Shown here: positions 22,343 through 32,938 of the stretch, in pieces | Layout of the letters: each line of letters starts with the position of its first letter | How positions within the stretch are numbered: position 1 is the stretch's first letter | Assembly: GCA_910592345.1 (NCBI GenBank) | Contig: CAJVPI010000010.1 | Location: 62,001-94,938, forward strand | Length of the DNA: 32,938 nucleotides | Direction of reading: 5' to 3' | Source: Paraglomus brasilianum | Taxonomy: Eukaryota | Translations under genes and position numbers: made by a program | Notes under the pieces: generated by a model | Databases searched by the model: none | Seen by the model: only the letters and a program-made list of their open reading frames with translations | What the model was told of the DNA's origin: nothing

Positions 22343-24879
22343 ATTTTAACAGCCTTTTCGTTTCGTTTAACAACATATATTTTTTTATTTAAAACAAGTT
22401 TAGGAAAAAGATTTGAAAAGATTTGAAAAATTTTTGACTATTACGTTATATATTTTATCTCGAATTTTATGAAATTTTATGAAATTTTACATGCTTTTCG
22501 TTAAAACAGCGATTTCTGTTTATAAGCTTATGGTTAGTTATGATTGTACTGAAAAACTTATGGCTTAGGTTTTAGGTATTTGGTTTTTCTAAGAACGTCC
22601 TCTTGCAAGAATATGTATAATAAAAAAAAGATGTTTATCTTTTCGTAACCGAACAAACGCCAATATGGGGGGCTTGACTTGCGTCTGTTTTTGATATTAT
22701 TCTTGTCCGACATTACCCAAATATGAGGGACAAAATAAACGTATATTTTTCGTCTCTATTACGAAAACGACATAGTTCATGTGCTATTCTCCAAACATTG
22801 CCGTGAAGGGGTTTTTCTTCGCGCGCATGATTAGAACTTGGCATTATGGCCTCATAAGTGACAGAATCCATTTGTTCTTTCGACTTTATTGTTCGGATGC
22901 TTTTCTTCAGATTGTTCATAATTGGTGTTCATATTTCACATAGTTGTACGACCAACATAGCATAGATGGTGATTATCATTGGTTCAGTAAAGAGTCTTTG
23001 TTTGGAAGCGGGAAAGGGGATGTGGAGATATCTTGGTAGTCGGTCGCTTATGATAGTCGAAATAGTTCAATGCTTATATAGAATTATATGGATCCCTTAT
23101 ATCGTCTAACTTATGGAATATTTATTCAGCGATTCCGCAAGAAATAGTATAATCGCAACACCGGCTTACCATTTTAGCTGACCTGCATCAATGTCTTTTC
23201 CGATTGAGACAATAAACGCATAATATTAGTGCACAGTCGGCTCTCGTGGTATTATGTCTGCTTCGAGATTGCTCATTTTTTTCAGCCGAATAATTTCATC
23301 CGCCACCCGTCTTACATTTTGTTGTCCAAATCAATTCACACTGCCATCGACAAACTAAACCGTGGCTATTGGCTTTTGCATTCACTCTTATCTACCGCTC
23401 CTAACCACATGGCTTTGACCTCCCCCCTCCCTCCCTCTCCCTCACGCACTGTTGTGTGCATACTAGAACTATTTAGTCTAACAAGGACGTAAACAGGATA
23501 AATCCAATATGCAGTAATTCATTTTGCATACTACAATTTCTCAAACAGTAAAGTTATTATCTTCTTATTCTTTAGCCTGGTATTTGGCCGCAAGTCATTG
23601 GTAATTCAAGTGACATCAATGAAAGTCCTTTGAGATAGAGGATGTTATGGGTCTGATTGGATCCATTTAATGAAATTATTTAGTTGCAGGGGGTTAAGGT
23701 TATAAGTTTAGACAAAGACTTATGATGGTGCAACCATGAACCCGGATTTCCACCATTTCGGTAGTAGGAGTTGTTTCAAATGCGATGCACCTATAAATAA
23801 ATTAGATGCATACATAAAATGCTAGTGAAAATATTTATTCTTACGTAAAGCAATTAAATGTTTATCTGCTTGTGGGTACGACAATCAGAGTTGTTTCACT
23901 CATTGAAATTGGTGATCAAAAACTGCAAAAACAACAATTTGTCTCATAGGTACGAGTTACTTGCACAGATATCGCCTATGTTACAGAGAAGTTGGGACCG
24001 ATTTGAAGAATACAAATATCCAAATAAGAGAGTTAATGACGAATCTGCGACAGTCGGCTATAAACATATCATCAAACAAACAAATTTACTGGATAGAAAT
24101 TTAATCGGATGGTTTGGAGTACGCCATTCTTATCTATCCGTGCAAACATGCGTCACTACTCGTCAATTACTAACAAACTTTCGTTGCTATTACCTTTTTT
24201 TCGTTAGTTCTTTATTACATTGCGAACGGATACACAAACAAGCACGCTAATCTTGCACAACTAACCAATTTGCTCACGTTTTTATGCAATCAATATTCAT
24301 AGGAACACCGTGCATCTGTTCCTTTTGTTTTTCAACGTATAAAAAAACAACGAACTTTTCTATCAAGCTATTAAATGGTTGGAACTGACACAGGCTAACC
24401 AAATTACAAGGAGGTCTCAACGACATTGGTCACCCAAGTTGCAGTCGATCAGGGGACAAGGTCTATTTGTTTAGCCAATGTACGTAGTACCGATATTTTT
24501 TCGCCTTGTTCCCAAAAGCACACAATACAATAATTACTAATAATGCTAATACTAGGTATTCGGTTTTACGGATTGTCTTGGTTAGTCGGGTGGGTTTCGC
24601 AATGCATCCATGCATTAATAAAGAATATTTAACTGTACCGTTGGAAAGAGATCTTGTTATCCTCATATAATCCCTACCCTATAAGCATTGTTTTCGCAAT
24701 CAAGCTTAGTAAAGGGATAAAGTTAAGGCTAGGAACAAAAAAACAATCGCAGCGTTTATAATATTTGTCTACCACAGAATAATAACCGAACACAGTGTGG
24801 GAGCATTAATCCCTTTTTGGATATATCGGAGACATATAGACTACGCCAAGGAAACGTATGCACTGCATATTTTAGGTTT

Positions 24880-24887
24880 TATATAAA
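24880..24887 (+). promoter_or_regulatory. Putative TATA box of HMG-box gene 2
   Basis: TATATAAA about 125 bp upstream of ATG 25006, followed by a C-rich tract. Confidence 0.45.
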
Positions 24888-25005
24888 GCCCACCCTCCCC
24901 CCCTTCCTCTCACTCAAAAACCGAACCAAAAAAAAAAAGGGATAAAACAGCTATATCAACAATACAGCACACGTTTTTGTAATACATCCTCTGCAACAAA
25001 ATAAG

Positions 25006-25987
25006 ATGCCAAAACAAGGTCGAAAGCGACTGCCCCCAAGTACTGCTCCTGGGGAATTCTGCACATATCTCGATATTCGTCTGACGAAAACAGAGAAAAA
25101 TCTCCTGCAGAATCCACCCTTTATTCATACGCTACCGTTGGAAAGATTACTGGATCCAACACCCTCCCCGCGTTCGAGACGCCGTGCCAATTCATCCAAG
25201 GCGCCGCGGCCACAGAATGCATTTATATTGTATCGCAGAGATTTTGTAGAGCGAGTGGCTAGAACGAGCCAAAAAATGTCGCTGAATAATATCTCGAGGC
25301 AAGCGTCCGAGAGTTGGAATAACGAAAGCGTCGAGGTACGACACTACTTTATTGTGTTGGCTGACTTGTGCAAGAAGAGGCACGCAGAGAGATTTCCAGG
25401 ATACAAGTACTCGCCGAGACAGAAGAAGGATAAGGACGAGAGAGATAATGGTAATTTTTTTTTTTTTGTTTTTATCGCATTTGAAACGATAATATAATAC
25501 ACGAGATAATCGTTTGTCCACGATTATAAATATTGACGATGATCTACTTTTTCTTTTCAACTCTACAGTTGTATCAAGCCAGATTGCACACGAGGCTCAG
25601 TTTCAATTTATCCCAGCATTACAAAACTCTCCTTCGCCTTCGTTGACATACGAGTCACCCTCGTCGATGTCACTATCTCCCAACACATCCGAAGTCTCGT
25701 CACCACTACTTCATACGGTTAACCCGTGCATGTACGTTGAAAATGGGCCCATGGTATATAATCCTAGTTGTATCAGTTACGAGACGCTTCTTTTCTGTGA
25801 TATGGGATTGGCTCCGACACCAGACTCGTATAGCATGGGTCAGTCTCACGATCCAAGTTACAACATTATGGAATATATGCCTGAATTTTCTGCGCAGCAG
25901 GCACCAAATGTTGAGTCTTGGGCCAATGACAGTATTAACACAAATGCGTGTGAAGATATCAATGAAAATGATTATTTTATTTTTTGA
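25006..25987 (+). CDS. MATA-type HMG-box transcription factor (287 aa)
   Basis: Exons 25006-25450 and 25569-25987 with phase-1 intron 25451-25568 (GTAATT..tacAG). Canonical box APRPQNAFILYRRD...ISRQASESWNNES.EVRHYF..LA...KKRHAERFPGYKYSPR. Ser/Pro-rich and acidic C-terminus. Confidence 0.93.
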
Positions 25988-27064
25988 TAGAAGAACTAAT
26001 TTATTGTTCTAATTATGGCATGACGATAATGTATTGGCTATAAAGTAAGCGTATTTATGGTTTATTATAGCACCACTCTCTATTATATGTTGATGTCTTT
26101 TTTTTTCCTGTTTTCTTTTCTTGTTGTGTTATTGTTACTTTGCCTCAATATCAGAATAGTGTTATAATTTGAGATAATTGTGCTTTATTTTATGCATATG
26201 AATAAATTTGTGTATCAAATATGTATATTTTAGGTATCTCATCGTTGTGAATAAATAGAATCCAAAATTGATAGAACACTGAATAAGGGGAAGACTTTCT
26301 GTAACCTTTAATAAGCGTATAAATGATATCTTGTGTTATATCTGATCAAGGTAAATAGTAGGGTTACGTCGCGTTCACAATCAATCTATCAATTAATAAA
26401 TCACTTGATCGATCGATCATTAATTTAGTAATTATACAAGTCGCTGTTACACGATACTTTGCCGACGTACTGGCAAACCTCTTACCTTCATATGAAAGTT
26501 GGCCTGGTTGTATGCAGAAGAATTTACATCAATAAATTTCAAATTGACGGAACACCCATTTATGGTAATTTATTCCTATAACCCGTGTCTGTACTCAATT
26601 ACCTGCCTTTTGTAGAAATCTAATTTTTCTTTTCCAAACCATTCCGTAACCAAAAACATAATTGTTGGGACAACGAAGTCTTATGTGCTTCATAATGGTA
26701 TATATTGTTGTACCTCGGTTCGGGGCTTGTAGTTACCCATCAAAAAGTACTCGTTCCAATTTATGCAATTTGATATCAATTGATTTATCTATGCATATGC
26801 TGCTTACTTATTTGAGAATTTAATATTAGGAGACCGTCCTTACATATTTCAACTTTTTTCTGTCATATTCATTTGTTTAACCCGTGTAAATCGAATTGCG
26901 TGAAATATAAAGCTAATCTGTACATCTTTGCTCATACGTCTGCTTATTATATGGGCATGTTGCAACAAAGTGAACATTGGCTGAGAGCACACTATGACGT
27001 TTGGACACAACTGACATTTTTAAATTCGTACTAAGACAAATGTAACTAATATTCAAATCGATCA

Positions 27065-27685
27065 AGATAAAACTTTTGCTGAAAGTTATAACAATTGAAA
27101 TGGTGCAAAAGACACCAAAGAATGGACAGATGAGCAATGGAAAAAAGTCATCTGGAGTGATAAATCTCAGTTTACACTGTTCCAAAGTGATAACAGAACT
27201 CATGTATGGAGACTCCAGAGGAGAAATATGATGTTAACAGTATTGTTTCAACAGTTATGCATAGTGGTGTCGGAGTAATGGTATGGGGTTGATTCACATG
27301 AGACTCTTTAAGCCCTTTGGTCAGAGTTGAAGGAATAATTAACAATCAGAGATACTGTATATAGACATTTTGAATGCATTTTATGGAAGAACTTGAAGGA
27401 GAAGTTGTTGGTTATGAATTTCAACAAGACAATACTTTAGTCTATAAAAGTAAGTTTGAAAATGGAATTTTTCTTTCAAGATTTAAACATAAATTTGATG
27501 ACAGATCCCTGACCTTAATCGCATTGAACATCTGTGGTATGACGTACGTACATATCAGACAACGGGACCCACCACCAACATTTGAGGAAAAAACTGGCTG
27601 AACTTTTTCAAGAAGAATGGAAGAAATTCTGAAACATAGAGTAAAAGCAGTTAAACGTGCCAAGATTATGCAACCAAGTATTAAT
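27065..27685 (+). pseudogene. Degenerate Tc1-family transposase fragment
   Basis: Across frames: KWCK..EWTDEQWKKVIWSDKSQFTLFQSDNRTHVWR..PEEKYD..STVMHSGVGVMVWG*FT*..PLVRVEGIIN..YEFQQDN..SPDLNRIEHLW..FQEEW..RVKAVKRAK. Several stops and frameshifts; no paired TIRs found. Confidence 0.88.
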
Positions 27686-27748
27686 AAAATTTTTATTATA
27701 TTTTGCTTCAAATTATGCTTGAATACTATTCTGAACGCATGGATTACT

Positions 27749-28321
27749 AAATTTTTTTATCTCTCGACAATTAGGAGTTTGCGTTCCTTTATTAGTTGCA
27801 TCTACGATTGAACGCTAAAGTAAAAGGTGCACTTGCACTAAAAAGGCTTCTCGACAACTAGGCACTGGTTCTAGTACCCGGGATACTTTACTGGTTTAGT
27901 ACCCGGGGGTACTGTGAGGGTACTGTACCAGGGGGTACTATACCAGACGGTACATTGGGTAAATAAATCCTGAGACGCATGGAAGTGAAGATAATTTGAT
28001 GATAGCATTGTGCACACTAACTTAAATGTTGATAATGTTAGAGATATTGAAAATGGTTATACCTATGCAAATACGATAAATTTTGTCATGATTATTAATA
28101 TTCAGAAACCAGTCTTAACATCAATGTTTATATCTTTCATAAGCGATTATAGCAATATTAATTCTATGAAATGGATCGATTGCTAATACAATACGTATAT
28201 TCAATAGTGTACCCGGGTACTTTCAGAATGGACTGAAACGGACTGGTATAAGACCCGGCCAAGGGGTACGTGGTTAATAAAGGAACGCAAAACTCCAGGG
28301 GGTACGTGGTGTGAAATTTTT
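27749..28321. mobile_element. Possible Mutator-like non-autonomous element or inverted-repeat relic with GTACC-rich subrepeats
   Basis: GGAGTTTGCGTTCCTTTATTA (27774-27794) is inverted at 28275-28296 with one indel. GTACCCGGG recurs at 27874, 27899 and 28209. GGGGTACGTGGT occurs twice near the right end. Confidence 0.45.
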
Positions 28322-28358
28322 GTATTGATTAAGACATTCAAATGTATGGTGTGGTAAT

Positions 28359-28446
28359 GGACTGAGTTCTGGACCGAGACAACGGAAATATCTGAGTTCT
28401 GGACTGAGACAACTGAGTTCCGGACTGAGATGGTCCCGAACTGAGG
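28359..28446. repeat. Degenerate tandem subrepeats (CTGAGTTCYGGACTGAGA) next to the right TGT...ACA end
   Basis: CTGAGTTCTGGACCGAGACAAC, CTGAGTTCTGGACTGAGACAAC and CTGAGTTCCGGACTGAGA occur in series. Confidence 0.75.
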
Positions 28447-31400
28447 TACAACAGTAACATAACTTTTTTTGTGTATATTTTTAAACGTTCGGTTGCGAAA
28501 CATAAGCTGTCATATTTTCGGTCAGGCATAAGCAAACTCAAAGGTTTACATATTAATTATAATATACTATGAGATATAGGTTAGAACAAGCACTAAAATT
28601 TTATTGCACAGGTTTTGAGAAAGTCAGGTGGCTTTTTTTTCCCAGCACATAAACGCGTCATGTTTTTTTGCTCATTTGTATTTACTCCTTTTTTTTTTCG
28701 TTGTCCGCAGGAAGTCACTATTATGGCGCGCGACGATTCAAGCTATTCCTTAAAGGAACTCCCTAATTGGCGTCCAAGTGTGGAAAACGATGTAGAGGCT
28801 TTAAAGTAACCTTCGTGCCGGCTCCAATGAAAACGAGATTATATCCGATGTTCAGGCAAGAATATGTTGTGTTAATAAGCCTTTTGTAAACCTAATTTTT
28901 ATGATTGCTGGTTATTAGTTAGCAACTTTTCGCAACGGTATGTTCTCCGGTGATATACTTAATAGGCGCAATTTCGATGTTAAAGAGCTCGAGGGTGTTG
29001 ATGGATTCGTCAAAACATTTCTTAATAAGCTGCACGAGGTCGTGTACCCAAGAATCTATGACCGACACATTAATACTGCATCTCTTATTCATGTTTTCCC
29101 TATGGATTGTTGGCCTTTAGTGGTTAGGTGAGTGATGATAAAAAATGGTTTGGTTGTATCTACCTCAATGTTTTTAAAGCTTGCGTTACAAATATAGGTC
29201 CAAGCCACCTTGGAAATTATCTACTTGTGAATTTGTAGTAGATAAGGAAGCAACGGCGGCTGTAATAATTATGATTAATCAATCGTTTGTTTTTTTGTTT
29301 GTTTTTTTAATCATTAATGAGTCCATGTACTGTATGTGCTATTTTTAACAGGACAAACACTTGAAACATGTTAATCAACATCGACATACCATTCTCGCCT
29401 AAAATGTGCACAAAGTTGAATATAAAAATTAAATCATATTTGCGCGTAGTTTCCACATACGTTACATTTTATAAGCTTTGATCGGTGCAGCATATTTGAA
29501 GGAGCTTAATAAAGATTTACCACAAAACTAGTCAGTTGAGATTCCCTAAGAATTGTCTGACAACTGGTTTCAATCCCAGACGGAAGAGAAGCGATGTTGA
29601 CTATTTTAGCCAAAATATGTGAATCGCTCTTACTAGAGGGTGAGGAGGACAAAGGAAACGAAGAATGATGTTATTGGTCGCGCCGGCAAACGGTTATTAA
29701 CTGTATCCGGACATTTATCATGATGAGATTTTGCAACTTGTTATCCCATATGTGAAGTGTTGTTGTAGGACATGCTTATCTGGCAGAAGTCTATGGACAG
29801 TTTTTAGCATATTACAGTCAAAGCTCTTATAATAAATCGTTTTATAAAGAACTTTTTTTCTTCTTCCCATTTTCATATTAAAAATCGCCCGGATTTTTAT
29901 AGCAACTCGCGTTGTAGAATTTTGGGTGAATCGTCTAGTCACAATTTAATGGAAACAGGGTTTCAGCCAATAGGAACAAGAATTTGATCTAAGTATATAG
30001 AGTACAAAGCTAACTTTCGCTTAAAAGACCGTACTAATTATTATCTCTTTGCGGACATTGTCAACCAATACAAGACAGTTTGCATATACAGAGTGCAAGA
30101 GGTGATACTTTCTGCGATCAGCTGATTATCACACATAAAACCGCGGAACAAACGACGCGATTACTGATAAGGAACAGTAAATAGCCCACAATAAGCTTTA
30201 AATAGAGTAGATTAGATACTTGTTGCAGGAAGCTTACATGTTTTCAGAAGTAAATTTATGGTTGTTATTCATTGGTCCGTCTGTCGATATACTGGTCAAT
30301 CGCTCGTCAAACAATCTTTTTCAATACAATTCTCATCATTTTTAATATTTAACCCACACTTTCCGAAGTTCGTGATCACTATTTTTATCTCCTATTCGTC
30401 CTACTATTGATATGTTACAATCCATCCGATACTGAGAAGTTGTATTTTCAATGGTGCCTAATGCCTTTATGCACGAGGTAGAGCAATTCTTTTATATGCA
30501 ATATATTCTCACATTCAGCCAAAAATATAGCAAATAGCCTTTCTGTGACTGCCTTCAGCAAATAAATCTAATAGCTCGACTTGGATTTTGAACTGCAACC
30601 CATCAATTAGTCTTCGTCAATGTAAAGACATAGTTCACTGTAACTGTGTATTTATTGTCGACGATAAAGTTGCTATATATATTAGACGTAAGTGCCGCAA
30701 ATGACAAGGTACGAGAAACTAGATCCTGTTGTCCCATAAAAATATCTCTCTATGCCGCCCTTCTATAGTACACCAAAATAAATAGTCACTCCCTCCTTTC
30801 TAGTGATTAGCCCCATACTTTGGCATGCACACCACGCCATCTTTCGTATCTGCACAAATCTCACCGTCTGATGATCCTCTAAGACCGCTAACGGACGCGC
30901 TAAAAGAACGCTCAAAAACCGTTCGGCCTTCAGACGCAACCCTATCTGTTTGTCGATTGGATAATGATCGCTTGACCATGTTGGTACGCTTCTGTGGTGT
31001 GCTATCAAGCTTATTGATTGGACATAATTTGGTCGGCACACCCTGATACTCCTTTCCAATGCAAATATTACCGATTTCTGCTACTCGGCTTTATGGACGT
31101 TTAAAGAGAAAAACCCAAAAATTAGTACATCTATTGTTCAAGTAACTTGCGCAAAATACACTCCTACTTGATATTTACTCTGCTTTTATCTCTCCAGAAT
31201 CTCTAATATTTGAAATGATATAGGAAATGGTTAGTTTTTCTTTCTTATGACAAACAGACAAGTTTCACACAGCTTTCATGTAGCCAAGCACCTTTTTACT
31301 ACGGGCGTGTCGGCGTTCGTTAATGGCCTGCCAGTAACAGTGACGGACGACGCAAAGAGCACGAAGATCGCAATTGATATCAAGTTACAAGTCTTAACCA

Positions 31401-32938
31401 TATTGTTACAGGAGAAATACGGAAGGGTGTAGTTTAAGGTTTGTTATAAATAACGGTGTTAAGTGTGTTTGAATCTATTAAAGATTGCACGGTTATATGG
31501 CAAGCACTTTGCAACAAGAATAAGTAAATGAATGAGAATACAGCAGGTATAGTCTAATACTAAGCCAACCCGAAGATTTGAATTTTTTAAAGTTATCTTC
31601 ACCCACATTCCTGCGCATAATATATATGTGTGATTTCTTCGATTGTTGACCAATCCTGGTTTTTTGTAAATATTATCATTGATTATGATTGGGTGTTTAA
31701 TGGTTCACCCGACAATTCCTAAATGGAAAATATTAATGGTTTCGAATTTGGGCCTTTTTAGCCACGTTTGGTCAATGCTACTACGCCCGATGACATGATC
31801 GAAATTAGAGAATATTCTTAAATGCACAGACAATTTAATATGGTCTTCATTGTATTTAATAAACAAAGTCATCTTTTATCGATACTGGGAGTAAAGTTTA
31901 TTGCCAAGTGAGGTGACGCTTTGAATTCAGAATTCCAATGTAGTCAATTGACGTTTTCGACGAAAAGCGTTTGACATTTGGTCATTAAACGACTAGTGTG
32001 ATTGTGTGTATATCTTCGTTTGTGAGGGTGATGAACGGCAGACGAGGATGGACGAGCGAACCAAGTATTTCGAGAAAAGCAAATTCCTTTCTCGATCAAC
32101 AAACTGGGTCGTAGAGAGGCTCGTTGCGAATTTGAATTATGTCTTGCGGATTGACAAATTTGTTGAGATACCAAAGTCATCTTATCTTAGTAATTATCGC
32201 TTGACATCTATCTTTCATTCATACTACGCTTATTTCCGCTGGAACAAAGAGACACAAACATATGTTACAATTCAGCGACTAGACGACATCGTTGTCTTTC
32301 GTAATAAAGAACGGCTTTCAGTGTTTATCGGCCGCGGTTACAAGAGCTTCGTATTACAGGTATTATCCAAAAGTGGATTTAGCCCACAAACCAACCAAAA
32401 TTGTCGTACCATTATATCGTCGGGCGCCAATATCTGAGCCAACCCTTCTCTTCTTGGTATTAGTGCAGTTTCTTACACGTAAACTCATAGCTTTAAGATC
32501 TCGTGTAGATCGTTTTGACGTTAATGCTGGTCATAGCATAATTGAACGTGTTCCTGGTTTAGACATTCTTGACTCGTTTGACGCGGGCCCCTAGACTGCT
32601 TTGTTAACTGCAAGTTGTAACTCTTGGAACTAGTATGCATATGAATTAATGTCACATTTCCACAATTATGGTGCTAATGTACGACCCACTATGCTTTCAG
32701 GGAGGGAGCGGTGAGTCAGGAGGAAGTCAAAGAGTTTATTGATGATGCTGTGTGGCGGACGTTATTGTCCTCGAATCTCGACGCAACGAAAAGGGTATGG
32801 TGGCTATTATCTATAAACCGCACTAATGTCACATGACTTTCAAACTTTATAAGTTAAAAACCAAATAAACCTATTGCAAATCTAAACCGATAGAATGATA
32901 AATTAAAACAAGCTGAACATTTTTATCGGTGTACTTTT

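Larger units (their letters stand above)
26706..28453. mobile_element. Non-coding element bounded by TGT...ACA inverted repeats (Ginger-like or other integrase-type ends)
   Basis: TGTTGTACCTCGGTTCGGGGC (26706-26726) matches the reverse complement of 28433-28453, TGTTGTACCTCAGTTCGGGAC, at 19 of 21 positions. No clean TSD. Confidence 0.55.

Noticed and set aside
22405..22490. 10-bp tandem repeats GAAAAGATTT and GAAATTTTAT
   Set aside because: Low-complexity slippage repeats in an AT-rich 3' region with no further structure.
23858..24250. 130-aa ORF between the HMG genes
   Set aside because: No motif or coding-like character; likely a chance ORF.
21758..25987. Mucorales-type sexP/sexM mating-type locus
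   Set aside because: No triose-phosphate transporter or RNA helicase flanking genes are visible, and MATA-HMG genes are multi-copy in these fungi. It cannot be called a MAT locus from this window.
32006..32594. Overlapping 143-aa and 100-aa ORFs
   Set aside because: No domain recognised. A minus-strand FVDRE resembling an NTPase N-terminus is not followed by a Walker A motif.

Overview
AT-rich eukaryotic DNA with GT-AG introns. The gene content (MATA-type HMG boxes, LaeA/TAM-like methyltransferases, a nuclease-fold plus kinase protein, an F-box gene, many Tc1 elements) suggests an early-diverging fungus such as Glomeromycotina/Mucoromycota; this is an inference. Hand-spliced genes are a REase-like/atypical kinase (7.6-9.4 kb), an F-box gene (10.6-11.6 kb), two divergently transcribed paralogous class I SAM methyltransferases (13.8-15.1 kb minus; 18.7-19.7 kb plus) and two same-strand HMG-box genes (21.8-22.3 kb; 25.0-26.0 kb). 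Both flanks of this gene core hold nested DNA transposons. On the left, a Tc1 element with TIRs and TA duplication sits inside an older Tc1 relic, followed by three MITE-like elements. On the right, a TGT...ACA inverted-repeat element encloses a Tc1 relic and a second inverted-repeat element. At the left edge is a possible intron-containing GxxExxY-like PD-(D/E)XK nuclease gene. No rRNA, tRNA or CRISPR array was seen. All family calls come from motif recognition by eye, not database searches.
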